Shown here: positions 50,454 through 64,000 of the stretch, piece by piece
Position numbering within the stretch: position 1 is the first letter of the stretch
How the letters are laid out: every line of letters begins with the position of its first letter
From: Octopus sinensis
Taxonomy: Eukaryota
Direction: 5' to 3'
NCBI RefSeq assembly: GCF_006345805.1
Contig: NW_021832035.1
Location: 62,001-126,000, forward strand
Length of the DNA: 64,000 bases
Translations under genes and position numbers: made by a program
Notes under the pieces: model-generated
Databases searched by the model: none
Told to the model about the DNA's origin: nothing
What the model saw: only the letters and a program-made list of their open reading frames with translations

Positions 50454-50590
50454 GTTGTCCCAATAGTTCGTAAACACTTGCGAAAATTGAATTTTTACTC
50501 GCCAAGTACTAACAAAAACAACAAAAATTATTCCTCAAAATAAAGACCATTATTTTCTAAGACTTTCTACGAACTTTTGGGACAATCTTA
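50450..50590. mobile_element. Mariner-type miniature deletion derivative
   Basis: TA|ttaggttgtcccaatagttcgta ... tacgaacttttgggacaatctta|TA. Confidence 0.75.
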
Positions 50591-52961
50591 TATATTAAAA
50601 GCAGCAGTAAAAATATCACAAAAACAGTTTTTGTGATATTTCTGCTGCTTTTAATAAAGCATATTACTCTACTTCTGGTATTTGAGTACTCTTTTTTCCC
50701 CCACCTTGTTTCACATTTTTGTGCTTACTCCGGTATATATATATATATATATATAGTTAAATAGATATAGGCATCTCTTTATTGTCGTTACCTCAGGTTA
50801 TATCATTTTATACTTATGGGTATTGTGTAAAGTATGACCACTAATTTGGGAGTACAATCTGAAATTTTGCTCTTACCAAAAACTTGGATAAGTCTTGAGA
50901 ATTTAAAAACTACATATTTTTCTATGTCAGAGGCTGTCTCTTGGTGTTTTAGCCAAGATCAAAGTAGTTAACAATTTATAAAACTATAATGCTGACACAC
51001 ACATACACACACACAGAGTGGGCAAAAGTAAGCAAGCAATTGCTTAATGTGAGGGGAATGTTCTTTTCATTTCTTTATTTCTTTTTTACTTAAGTGAAAC
51101 ATAAGTTGGATAAGGGATCTGCAGGAGATGCCCAGTTCATTGGAAAACCCTTTTTTCTTTTGATTTCTGGGAACTTTGAGTGTTGCTTGACCCACAAGCT
51201 ACTGTATATCTACATTCCCCCCCCCTTTGTATACGTATGATGTGTATACTTTGAATATTTGTGTATGTGTACATATATTTTCTTGGGTTACAATGTGTAT
51301 CTGCATACCTATCTATCAATCTATCTCTCTAATTCAATCTTTACCACCATCTGTCAACACCAACTCAACCAGCATCAACAGCAGTGGAGGCGCAGTGCCC
51401 AGTGGTTAGGGCAGCGGACTTGCAATCGTAGGTTCATGATTTTGGTTCCCAGACTGGGCGTTGTGTGTGTTTATTGAGCAAAAACACCTAAAGCTCCACA
51501 AGGCTCTGGCAGGGGGTGGTGGCAACACCTGTTGTACTCTTTTGCTCCAACTTTCTCTCACTCTTTCTTCCTGTTTCTTGTCCCTGACTTCCGATGCAAC
51601 CGCTGAGCCTAGATGCACATTCATCCATCCGTCAATGCTCTCGGTGTTGGGGGTTGACCTGCTTTCTCTTCTGCAGGTCTTATGAATAGCAAAGGACCAT
51701 GTTTCTCCCACTAATGGGACGAAGACCGCTTTGCTCAACAGCAGCAACAACAAAAACAATACAATCACTGCCTTTAACAATAAAGCTACTCCTTAGTGGC
51801 CAGCAACAGCAGCAACAACAATATTATTTTCAAGATAAGTGATTCCATCTAAAATAAAAGACAAAAAGAAGCAATTATGTAAGATAATGTGGTACTCTAT
51901 TGTATGGTATTTTAAATGTTGAATGAAATGTCTTTGATCTTAGGATTGAAACTAAACTGCAACAATTAACAAGAACAATTTGATTACTCTACCATGAACA
52001 ATAACCCCACCATCACGACCAACACCACTACCACTACCAACCTAACAATTTTTGAATAACCAACTAGCAATAATAATTGTATCAGCATGATAACTATGTC
52101 TGTAGCTACATATGCTGTATGTCAATATGTGTGTAGTTTTAAGGCTTAAGTCAGAAGTGTAAGGGTCAAAGTGCCGAGCAGCCTGGTACTTCTTCAACTA
52201 AGTGTAGTCATACAGGAGTTCCTTTCACCTCACTCCTTCAGCATTTCATTTTCTTATTTCGATTTTTACACCCATTAGAATAAAACATTTTTTTACTCTC
52301 TTTCCTGATGCTATATTTTGTTGTTTTTCCTGCATATTTGTTATGAATTTGTTGATCACCAGCACTGCTGAATTTACCTAAAATTCAGAATGCTTAGAAA
52401 GAAGCTATCAAGTGGATCAGAATTGCATATTATAAAAGGAAAACACTGGATATTAAACTTGATGTTTTAAAAAAGCTTGATGCAAGAGAAGACACCAACC
52501 ACTTTGCTAAATATCAATGCTTAAAACATCTCTAGTGGGAATATTATGTGACTAGAGAGTGAAAATTAAGTGCTCAGGAGGTTATTCTGTTTAATTGCTC
52601 AGGCCTTATTTTTCCATAGATTTAATGTAATGCTTAAAATGGGAAGGCTCTAGGGTGCATGGATTGAAAATGAATATGGACCAACTGTCATCATCGTTTA
52701 ACGTCCACTTTCCATGCTAGCATGGGTTGGATGATTTTGACTGAGGGCTGGCAAACCAGATGGCTGCACCAGGCTCCAGTCTGATCTGGCAGAGTTTCTA
52801 CAGCTGGATGCCCTTCCTAACGCCAACCACTCCGAGAGTGTAGTGGGTACTTTTTATGTGCCACCGGCATGGGGGCCAGTCAGGCGGTACTGGCAATGAC
52901 CTCGTTTGAATCTTTTTACACATGCCACCGGCACAGGTGCCAGTGAAGCGACGTTGGTAGT

Positions 52962-53170
52962 GACTTTACAAGTTTTCCACAAGTAGAAAGTTTACGTCAA
53001 ATTCAGGATATTGAGACTCTTGTGAATGATGTTGGGTTTGGCGAGATTATAGAGGATGATGTGGTTGAGTTGCTAGTATTGCACAGAGAAAGTTTATTCA
53101 ATGAGACGCTCATGTTGTTCGGACAGAAAGAAGCTGAGAATACTGATGAGAATATGGAAATTCCTACAAC
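52962..53170 (+). mobile_element. Tigger/pogo-like transposase C-terminal remnant
   Basis: ATG-less open frame DFTSFPQVESLRQIQDIETLVNDVGFGEIIEDDVVELLVLHRESLFNETLMLFGQKEAE resembles the DFxGF...GFxEVxEDDVxELLxSHxExLxNExL tail of Tigger transposases. Confidence 0.55.
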
Positions 53171-54285
53171 TTTTATTCTTTTATTTGTTTCAGTCGTTTG
53201 ACTACGACCATGCTGGAGCACCACCTTTAGTCGAACAAATTGATCCCAGGACTTATTCTTCGTAAGCGTGGTACTTATTCTATCAGTCTCTTTTGCCAAA
53301 CAACTAAGTTACGGGGACATAAACACACCAACATCGGTTGTCAAGTTGGGGAACAGACACACACACACATATATATATACCCAATGCGATGAAAGGTAAA
53401 ATTGACCTTGGTGGAATTTGAACTCAGAACTTTAAGACAGACGAAACACCGCAAAGCATTTTGCCTGGCGCACTAACATTTCTGCCAGCTCGCCACCTTA
53501 TGAAGAGATATTAGATGGAGGATAGTATCTTGCATCCTTCTGATAACTTTTATTCCACTCCTCAGACAGTTGTTGACATTTTTTCTATGGGAAATTCATA
53601 CCCTAAGATATTACAATTCTTATAATTCCCTAATATATTTCACTGCAAATGTTTTCATCTTTATACATATTTTACTATGTATGTTTAGAAATTGTTATTT
53701 TCATGCTCAAAAGGTAGTTGTGTAGCTTTTCTTTTTTTTTTTTTTCTTTACTGTTTTTCTTTTTTGAAAATATCTGTTGGAATGCATTATCATTTTATAA
53801 CAAGATCAATGGGGAAATTAATTTTGCGTTTCAGCAAGTTTTACAGGAGTGAATTATTCATGTAACGCAGGAGTTTCTTGTGCATGTGCGTGTATGTACA
53901 TATATGGGCATATGTGTGTGGGGTGTGTATGTATGTATATATATATATATTAGAAGGTTTGGAGATGATGTACAGGTATTTTATATTAGATGAAATGAGG
54001 TACTCAGAAATTCGGATGGTTTTATATTTACTGATATTTATTTATATGTTACATGTTTTTATACATCATATATCATATATTAGTGCTTTCGTCCATTCTA
54101 GTGGAGTTTTCAAATTGTATATATATATATATATAACTGTATGTATGTGGGCATATATATTTGTGTGTGTATGTGTCTGGACATGTGTGTATATGTGGAA
54201 ATAGCAGATGCGTGTATGTCTATATATATACGGGTATATATATATATATATATATATATCTGTGTGTGTGCATATATAATATATG

Positions 54286-54367
<82 letters not shown>

Positions 54368-54817
54368 CTCTTACTCCTCAGTATATCCGGGTTTCTGTGG
54401 CTGATAGGCATTTATATTTATCTAGATTTTAATTATTTCTGTGGGAGGTTTTGGAATGCAACACCCTCAATAGTTGAGGGATTACCGTATATATATATAT
54501 TTGTGTGTGTGTGTGAGGGTACAGGGCTTAGTGGTTAAGGTGTTACACTCACAATCTGATGATTATGATTTCAATTCCTAGACAGACCGGGTGGTGCGTT
54601 GTGTTCTTGAGCAAAACATTTCATCTCCTGTTGCTCTCTGCTCACCTCAATACCTGACGTGTGGTACACAGTGCACCTGTTCAGACAACATCAATTTGGT
54701 GCTGGGAGTGAGCTAATGCGTGGCACAGACATTTGATCACTATAAGCAAAAATCATTTGTACAGGTCATTCGGCAAAAGCTGACACCCCATACACCCCAA
54801 AACTGCTCCATCCACTC

Positions 54818-55409
54818 AGCTGGCAGAAACATTAGCACGCTGGGCGAAATGCTTATTGGTATTTCGTCTGTCGTTACGTTCTGAGTTCAAATTCTGCCGA
54901 GGTCGACTTTGCCTTTCATCCTTTCGGGGTCGATAAATTAAGTACCAGTTACGCACTGGGGTTGATGTAATCAACTTAATACCTATGTCTGTCCTTGTTT
55001 GTCCCCTTTGTGTTTAGCCCCTTGTGGGTAATAAAGAAATAGGTATTTCGTCTGTCGTTACGTTCTGAGTTCAAATTCCGCCGAGGTCGACTTTGCCTTT
55101 CATCCTTTCGGGGTCGATAAATAAAGTACCAGTTCTGCACTGGGGTCTATGTAATCGACTTAATCCCTTTGTCTGTCCTTGTTTGTCCCCTTTGTGTTTA
55201 GCCCCTTGTGGGTAATAAAGAAATAGGTATTTCGTCTGTCGTTACACTGTGAGTTCAAATTCCGCCGAGGTCGACTTTGCCTTTCATCCTTTCGGGGTCG
55301 ATAAATAAAGTACCAGTTCTGCACTGGGGTCTATGTAATCGACTTAATCCCTTTGTCTGTCCTTGTTTGTCCCCTCTATGTTTAGCCCCTTGTGGGCAAT
55401 AAAGAAATA
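54818..55409 (+). mobile_element. SINE family B concatemer (head plus three units)
   Basis: Junction aaagaaata|ggtatttcgtc at about 55041 and 55226. Units 2 and 3 share private variants. Confidence 0.92.
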
Positions 55410-55938
55410 TATATACGTACATACATACATGGTCTCTCCAGAAGCTATTTTAATATTTCCCTTTCATCTCTCTAATGCAATCTACCTCTGTACACTGTCA
55501 TTTCACAGTTGTAAATTCATTGCTGTATGTTTTAGTTGGCAGTCTCTGTCGCGATCACCACTGTGTCATCAGCTACTTTATAACACATTCTGTGATTGCT
55601 ACTTCTACTACAACTGTCTCTGCTAGTATATGTATGCACACACATATATATTTATACATACATACATACACACACACACACATTTATGTTTATATACACA
55701 TGCACGCGCACACCTGTATTAATGCTGTCTTTTGCAACTGTTATAAACGTATACGATATCTGTTACTACTATTTTGCGTCTATCTCTATTACTACTTGTT
55801 GATATACAAACCTAGTCAACCCTTAATCAGCAAAGCTTTATATTAAAGCCATTCCACTTGTGACCATCCAGTCTTTTTATGAATTACTTTCTTTATTTTT
55901 TTTGGAAGTTTTAATGTATCGAGAGCTATATTTTGGAT

Positions 55939-56697
55939 ATGTGTGTACCCTCCATTTTATGACTCATACAGTGTGATTCGATAGGTATTGACTGCTGTTT
56001 CTAGCCAGCCAAGGGACTGTACTAAGGCTCTATCAGGCTTGCTTGTTAATATGTGTGTACTTCTCATTTTATAACTCATACAGTGTGATTCGATGGGTAT
56101 CGACTGCTGTTTCTAGCCAGCTAAGGCTCTATCAGGCTTGTTTGTTAATATGTGTGTGCTTCTCATTTTATGACTCATACAGTGTGATTCGATAGGTATC
56201 GACTGCTGTTTCTAGCCAGCTAAGGCTCTATCAGGCTTGTTTGTTAATATGTGTGTACTTCTCATTTTATAACTCATACGGTGTAATTCGATAGCTATCG
56301 ACTGCTGTTTCTAGCCAGCTAAGGGACTTTACTAAGGCTCTACCAAGCTTGCTTGTTAATATGTGTGTACTTCTCATTTTATAACTCATAAAGTGTGATT
56401 CGATAGGTATCGACTGCTGTTTCTAGCCAGCTAAGGGACTGTACTAAGGCTCTACCAGGCTTGCTTTTTAATATGTGTGTACTTCTCATTTTATAACTCA
56501 TACAGTGTGATTCGATGGTATCGACTGCTGTTTCTAGCCAGCTAAGTGACTGTACTAAGGCTCTATCAGGCTTGTTTGTTAATATGTGTGTACTTCTCAT
56601 TTTATAACTCATACAGTGTGATTCGATGGGTATCGACTGCTGTTTCTAGCCAGCTAAGTGACTGTACCAAGGCTCTACCAGGCTTGTTTGTTAATAT
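55939..56697. repeat. Tandem array of seven units of about 112 or 99 bp
   Basis: atgtgtgtac starts at about 55939, 56051, 56150, 56249, 56361, 56473 and 56584. The short units lack the 13 bp between two ctaagg motifs. Confidence 0.95.
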
Positions 56698-58624
56698 AGT
56701 ATTACTGTTGAACAGCAATGGTGCTGAACTGTACATTTTGCTCTATCTTTGTTACATCTATTATATCGCATAGCAACAGCAGTAATAAAACTCCATCATC
56801 TCATCATATTCCTATATTAGATAATTCCTACGTCCTGTTATCCTTGCATCTCTTGAGTCGGTTGGCAAATCCCTTTCACTACACCCTTAATGATTGTTGT
56901 TCTTGTTGTTGGTGCGTACCCATTACTTTTCACATCCTCCGCTGCATTGTCTACCAATCTCTTTAGTGCCGGAAAAACACATTTGATTGGACGTATAACT
57001 CCTCCTCCGCCTCCCTAGCCGTCACGCATCATTTACCACAACTAAATGCAGTATGATGTAATATATATATACACCATCCCTCTTGTTTGATATTTGCTTC
57101 TTGTTTTGCTCATACTGGAGCAGTGACTTGCTTTAAGGGTTTCAGGTTTCCTTCGCTTGATTGTTTCTATAAAAAAAAAAAAAAAAAAAAAATACTTGCT
57201 GTATTTAAAGCTTTTTTTTGTACTTGTTTCAGTCATTAGATTGTGGCCATGCTGGGGCACCACCTTCAAGAAATATTAGTTGAATAAATTGATCCCAGTA
57301 CTTATTCATTTTAAGCCTGGTTTTTATTCTATTGGTCTCTTTTGCTGAATCGCTAAGTTATTAGGATATAAAAACACCAACACTAGTTGTCAAAGAGAAA
57401 TGGGGGACAGATACACACACACACTCACACACATACAGTGGGCTTCTTTCAGTTTCCATCTACCAAATCCACTCAGAAAGCTTTGTTCAGCTCAAAGCTA
57501 AAGTACAAGACACTTGCCCAAGGTGCTGCATAGTGAGGCTGAACCCGGAACCATGTAGTTGGGAAGCATGTTTCTTACCACACAGCCACGCTTGCACCTA
57601 AAGTATATAGTATATATATTTATTTTAAAACCTTCTGTAATTATTTTAGATTAGAGTGTTTTATATTCCAAACATAGTTTAACTCTTTCTTTACCATATT
57701 TTTGTTGAAATTCATTGCATCTGTTTTAATTAGTTTCGAAAATAACAAAGAATTTAGTAAATAACTTTGTCAATATTAAGCTGGTACATAGAAAATGTAT
57801 TCATATGGAATTTTTATGGAAGGCTTTAATTTAGATCATTTTCAAAAAAATTTTCTATCATAGGACTTGTTTCTACTCTAGGCTCAAAATTTTTGGGGGA
57901 GGGAGCCAGTAGATAAGATCGACCCAGTACGCCACTAGTACTTAATTTATTGACTCTGAAAGGATGAAAGGCAAAGTCTGAACTCAGAACATACAGACAG
58001 ACGAAATACCTATTTCTTTATTACCCACAAGGGGCTAAACACAGAGAGGACAAATGGATTAAGTCGATTATATCGACCCCAGTGTGTAACTGGTACTTAT
58101 TTAATCGATCCCGAAAGGATGAAAGGTAAAGTCGACCTCGGCGGAATTTGAACTCAGAACGTAACAGCAGACAAAATACTACTAAGCATTTCGCCCAGCA
58201 TATCAAAAGGGTTAATAATTTAAAAGTTAGCTATTTTACTAAATTACTAAAATATTTGATTATTTTTCAAAATTTAATTACAACACATCGGCTGTGTATT
58301 TTACTAGACATATAGTTAGAAAAGAACGAGTAATAACAGAGGCTACTCAACTACGGTAATACCTGATACTATAATGATATTTTTTTCAATGTATCTGTAA
58401 CAATGCTAAAAGATAAGTTGTATCTACATCTTTTCTATACTTTCAGTAAATTTTTATTTATTACAGAAATGGCAACTGATTATAAACCTAATATATTTTT
58501 AATGATCTTATGTGCTGACAGCTATTTTCTATAATCTGCAACTCCATTTTTGACCATAACTATATTTTTTTAATTTTTGTTTTATTTCCATATATAGAGT
58601 TGTTTATAGATGTTTGGAACATAC

Positions 58625-58655
<31 letters not shown>

Positions 58656-58838
58656 ATATGAATAAGCCACCACTGATGAAAATTCAAAGTGTCGACATTT
58701 TTACATTTAGCTCTATATATGTTCTGAACCCTCCGTTCAAGTAATGGTTGTTTTTATTAGAAATTATTTATTTACACATGTATATATACACTAACATACA
58801 TACATACACGCACGGGTGTGTGAATGTGTGTACATGTG

Positions 58839-58885
<47 letters not shown>

Positions 58886-58961
58886 ATGTACATATATATA
58901 GTGTGTGTGTGTATGCATACATATGTGTGTATATGCATACATAGATATCATGTGTATATAA

Positions 58962-59191
58962 GGCGGCGAGCTGGCAGAATCATTAGCACGCTGAGCGAAA
59001 TGCTTAGCTGTATTTCATCTGTTGTTATGTTGTGAGTTCAAATTCCGCCAAGGTCGATTTTGCCTTTCATCCTTTTGGGGTCAATAAATTAAGTACCAGT
59101 TTCACACTGGGGTTGATGTAATCGACTTAATCCCTTTGGCTGTCCTTGTTTGTCCCTTCTACGTTTAGCCCCTTGTGGGCAATAAAGAAAT
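58962..59191 (+). mobile_element. SINE family B monomer
   Basis: Flanked by atatcatgtgtat on both sides. Further minus-strand copies at about 57925-58205 and 60110-60395. Confidence 0.85.
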
Positions 59192-62100
59192 ATATATCAT
59201 GTGTATGTGTGTTTATTCATACATATATATTGAAATCAATAGAATAAGTACCACTTCTTGAAAGTACTGGAGTCATTTCAGTTGACTAAAAATTCAAGGC
59301 AGTGCCCCAGCATGGCCGCAGTCTAATGAGTGAAACAAGATAAAAGATATGTTAAAACATTTAGTTAATCAAAATTTTAAGTGAAAATACACATTTTAAA
59401 AGTGTGATAATATGGAAGATTTTGTTTAAGAGCAGTGTTTTTCAATTATTGTGACCATCCTACATATACCATTCAGACATGGTATATGTAGGATTAAAAA
59501 AAATTGTTGGGGGGGGTGATCTTTACTTTGTTATCTCCCCTACTTTCCCTCTCGTGTGTGACCCTTCTGTCCGAGTCAGTTGCCATGATAGATCATTAGC
59601 CACTACACACATTTTTTTCTCTCCTTGTTTTTTCTGTGTCCCTTTCTGTAGAAGAGCGTAGGCTCGAAACGTAAAAGACTTTTTCTATTCCTGAGCGTTA
59701 TACTAATACATCTGTTTGTTTTGTACAACACCTGTCTTCGTCTTGTGTTTTTTTTTGTAAACTCTCCCTATATATAGGATTACATTCTCTAATATGTTCT
59801 TTTTCATTGCCCTGTAAACATGAATATTCTGTTATTGTGTAGACGAGGTAAATCTAGTTATAGAGTTATCCAAGTAATAAATTACTGGCTCAGGTACTCA
59901 GAAAACTAGAAAAATTAGGTTTTATCTAAAACTAACCTTGTCAAGCTGTGTATGATTGTGTGATCGACAATGCAAGTCTTTTCTATTAGAAGCAGTACTC
60001 TAAGTTTTAATGTATTGTAACATTTAATTTATTACAGTATAATACTACATAGAGTAGAAAGCAGATGTAAAATGATCTAAAATGTTGGCTTCAACTTGAA
60101 CTTTGAAATAAAATCGACCTCGGCAGAATTTGAACTCAAAACATAAAGACAGACGAAATACCTATTTCTTTACTACCCACAAGGGGCTAAACATAGAGGG
60201 GACAAACAAGGACAGACAAAGGGATTAAGTCGATTACATCGACCCCAGTGCGTAACTGGTACTTAATTTATCGACCCCGAAAAGATGAAAGGCAAAGTTG
60301 ACCTCGGCGGAATTTGAACCCAGAACATAACGACAGACAAAATACGGCAACGCATTTCGCCCGGCGTGCTAACGTTTCTGCCAGCTCGCCGCCTTATGTC
60401 AGTTCAGGATATGGGGTATGTAGGAGGGTGTCCATGGCTATATACTTGGCCTCTCCTTAAAAAAGCTTAGCACTTTCGAATTTTGATGGAGCTTCTTCAT
60501 TCCATCCAAAAATAGTTTTTGTCCCCCATACCAAATTTCTCTGGGAGCCATGTCTATGTGGATGGGTGTTAGCATAGCTGTGTGGTTTAAGAAGTTTGGT
60601 TTTCTACTACATTGTTTCAGGTTCAGTCCCACAGTGCTTACCTTGTATTCCTTGGGTAAGTGTCTTCTACTAATGTACAGGTTGATTAAAGTCTTGTGAG
60701 TGAATCTAGTATGTGGAAACTGGAAGAAGCCCATCAGATGTGTGTGTGTGCATTTCTATACATTTGTGCTTCCATGAAAATCAATCAAATATGTAATTTC
60801 TCCAGTTAACAAACCATCTGCTGACTTTGCACCTTTTGAAGATGAGTGATATGAGACACGAAGGCATATGGCTTAGTGGTTAGGGTGTCGAACTCACAAT
60901 CATAAGGCAGTGAGTTCAATTCCTGGACTGGGCTGTATGTTGTGTTCTTGTGCAAGACACTTTATTTCACATTGCTCCAGGTCACTCAGCTGTAGAAATG
61001 AGTTGCAGCATCTCTGGTGCTAATCTGTATCATCAGCTTTTGCCTTTCCCTTGGATAACTTCAGTGGCATGAAGAGGGTAGGCTGGTGTACATGGACAAC
61101 TGCTGGTCTTCCATTGACAATTTTGCCTGGACTTGTGCCTCAGTGGGGAACTTTCCAGATGCAGTCCCATGGTCATACAGCCCAGTCCAGGAATTGAACT
61201 CACTCAGGAAGTCGTTACCTTTTACACTATGTGTGACATCTCTTCCTTGTAAAACAGTTACAAAAAGGACATTGATTTGTAAATATAATACCTCAGCAAT
61301 GTATTCATCTAACTCATGCTTACATAGAAAAATAAATGTAAAAATGAACAAATACTTTGGCTATAATACTTCACTCATAGGAATGGTTAATCTGTGTTGA
61401 TCCGGGGCTGATCAACTACCTTTTTTTATTATTTTTGTACATACGTATTACTTTTCTTTTTAATGCTGTTTGAACATCAGAATATCTGATAAATAAATAA
61501 ATAAAGGTTTTACTCCTACATATTGTGAATATGTGACACTTGATTAGTCATATAACTTTCTCTTATTAACAGCTAATGAGAAAATAAAGATTACCCTTTA
61601 AAATTTAATTATTTCTGAGGTGTATCGTTCTGTAGATATTTAATAATTCATTATGAAGAGAACAAAATGTTGTATCAATGCTTGATATTAATCTAATTCT
61701 AATAAGTGACCAAGTCCTCATTAACTCAGCTAAATCAATATAGGTGATGGTGAAGTTTGTAGTTTAGACCAGAGACAAAATGGCCGCTGGATTGAGTAGA
61801 TGTGATACTACAATAGTCTGATGTAGGCATTGATTCCACAGTCCTCCGGCTCAACAAAAAGCTTCTTGCATAATTTAATAACACATTATTTTATTGTGAT
61901 TTACACCACTGTTGATGGTAGAAATAGTAAGAGCAAGGAAAGAAGGTTTTAAAATACAAATGTGAAAAGATCTAGTTCAGCTGTTAAAAAAAATTGTTTT
62001 TTTGGCTGTTGCCTGTACCACCTGACTGGCCCTCGTGCCGGTGGCTGGCTCATAAAAGCACCCACTATACTCTTGGAGTGTTTGCCGTTATGAAGGGCAT

Positions 62101-63813
62101 CCAGCTGTAGAAACTCTGCTAGATCAGATTGGAGTCTGGTGCAGCCATCTGGCTCACCGGTCCCCAGTCAAACTGTCCAACGTCTTAAGCGGACGTTAAA
62201 CGATTATGATGATGATGATGATTGGTTGAATGTGGAAGTATGGGTTGATGGTTAGAGTGTTGTACTCACAACCATGAGATCCTAGCTTTGGTTCCCAGAC
62301 CAGGCAGTTTGTTGTGTTCTTGAGCAAAATACTTCATTTTCACATTGCTCTGCAAACACTTCAACATTTGACATGTGAAACACTGTGTACCTGTATGGGC
62401 AATGTTGATTTGATGGAGAGAGTGAGCTCATGTCTGCCACAAACATTTGATCACTATAAGCAAATAATTCGTGTAGGTTGTTCATTAAGTGAATACAGAA
62501 CTGGCTCTCTGAGATTCAAGAGACTCCCAAGAAGGTAGAATATGCAGGTACTGCATGACCAAAAATTTAAGAAGTTCACTTAGCAACCACAAGGTCTTTG
62601 GTTTTGATCCCACTGTGTGACACCCTAACCATTAACCCATACTTCCACATTCAACATATGGATGCGAGAGCCCCAGTGCTAAACTGATACTTATTTATCG
62701 ATCCTGAAAGGATGAAAGGCAAAGTCGACCCCTTACGGCATTTGAACTCAGCACTTAAAATTGGAAGACCTGCTGCTAAGCTTTTTTCTAGTATGATAGT
62801 GATTCTGCCAGCTTGTCACCTTCTTCCATCTGATTGATATTGTTTTCAATAAGCCAGTTGTTTCATAGGAGGGGGTTGGTCGATGACATCAACCCCAGTG
62901 TTCAACTGACACTTATTTTATCGACCCCGAAAGGATGAAAGGCACAGTTGACGCTGGTGCAATTTGAACTCAGAATGTAAAAGTAGTTGAAATACTATTA
63001 TGCATTTTGCTTAGCATGCTTAACAATTCTGCCAGTTCACCAGTCTGTCATCTGGTTAATATTATCAGCTGTAACTGTCCTGTCATTTATTTAGGCATTG
63101 TCTATACAGGACTACAGTATCCAGTGAGTCCTTCCTCGTTGAGGGATATAAGTTTTTTTTTTATTTTTAGCTGGTAGAATGTGAGTCATTGTAAGTGGTC
63201 ATTGAGAGGGCCTCACAGATTGTTAGTAGGAATTGTTTTATAAATAGGAATGCTGAGCTGATGTGATTATGCAGAGAATAATTGCTGCAAATTGGATGTG
63301 ATGTGTTCTGGTGTGATTATAGATTTTTAACCTCAGCTTCAGAAAATTGATCTGTAGTTTGAACAATTTGAAGAGAACTCTGCTTAAACAAAGAACTGGA
63401 TTACACGGAGATTTGCAGCACTGTCCAACCTACACTAACATAAAAAATTTTAATGATGCTGATGAATAGCAAATAATTAATTAAACGAGAATTTATGTTA
63501 CTGTTCAAGTAACTGGTAATTAGTAGCTGTTTTGAGATAATAAATTTTAGTACTTTGAACCGTTATCTCCTGATGTATCGCCTGAAAAGAAAATATGTTT
63601 TGGTTGTGTTTCGATATTGTTACTTTATGTTAATGGAGATTTTGTATTTCTGACTTCCTAGAAATTCTCTTGTCACTTGTCTGAGTACAAAAGACAAACG
63701 AACACGTAACCATGGATACAGACATAGCTGTGTAGCTAAGGTTTGCTTCACAAATGTATGACTCCAAAGGCAGTTCCACTGCTCAACACTTTGAAGCGTC
63801 TTCTAGTTTTCTG

Positions 63814-63999
63814 TCATAGCCTTAGGAGTGGAATGTCATCATCATCATTGTCATTATCGTCATCATTATCCTTATCATCATCGTCCTCCTCATCATCCTC
63901 ATCTATATCCTCATCTTCTTCATCATCCTCATCATCTTCATCATCCACATTTTCATAATCCTCATCATCCTCATCTTCATCCTCATCTTCATCATCCTC
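63814..63999 (-). CDS. Candidate Asp/Glu-rich C-terminus of a gene extending beyond the window
   Basis: Open frame from the window edge EDDEDEDEDEDDEDYENVDDEDDEDDEEDEDIDEDDEEDDDDKDNDDDNDNDDDDIPLLRL* (TGA at 63814-63816), with mixed GAT/GAG/GAA/GAC codons. The ORF track misses it because there is no start codon. Confidence 0.5.
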   Translation of the reverse strand, partial: EDDEDEDEDEDDEDYENVDDEDDEDDEEDEDIDEDDEEDDDDKDNDDDNDNDDDDIPLLRL

Positions 64000-64000
64000 A

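Noticed and set aside
55939-56697. Hammerhead-like CTGATAGA...GAAAC-AGCA-GTC on the minus strand of the tandem unit (retrozyme candidate)
   Set aside because: The core has extra nucleotides at two conserved positions, helix I does not form, several units read CTGGTAGA, and the segment matches another dispersed repeat.
61776-61788. YY1-like motif caaaatggccgc
   Set aside because: A single short motif in CpG-poor DNA with no other promoter evidence.
63743-63958. Plus-strand poly-Ser ORF
   Set aside because: It is the antisense reading of the acidic tract, with a TTG start and no other support.

Overview
AT-rich, repeat-dense eukaryotic DNA. The repeat families are ones I recognise from Octopus (coleoid cephalopod) genomes, which is an inference. 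There is no complete gene, rRNA, true tRNA or CRISPR array. Most of the window is: (AT)n/(AC)n microsatellite mosaics; at least four tRNA-derived SINE families (my labels A, B, F, G); RTE-type LINE remnants; a Penelope-like GIY-YIG fragment plus Penelope-type repeats with hammerhead-like motifs; and non-autonomous DNA elements (Tc1/mariner, piggyBac-like, Merlin/MULE-like MITEs, Helitrons, a Tigger remnant). Nearly every listed ORF is a microsatellite or SINE artefact. Four short candidate coding exons lie on the minus strand. The best one is an Asp/Glu-rich C-terminus ending DIPLLRL* at the right edge. A CpG-retaining central domain (about 16.5-40.5 kb) sits between two CpG-depleted flanks, suggesting an unmethylated intergenic or promoter block between methylated gene bodies. 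The main items worth follow-up are the hammerhead-like motifs, SINE-B concatemers with a fixed junction, very long target-site-like duplications, a 190-bp foldback, and a Helitron with its empty paralogous site nearby.
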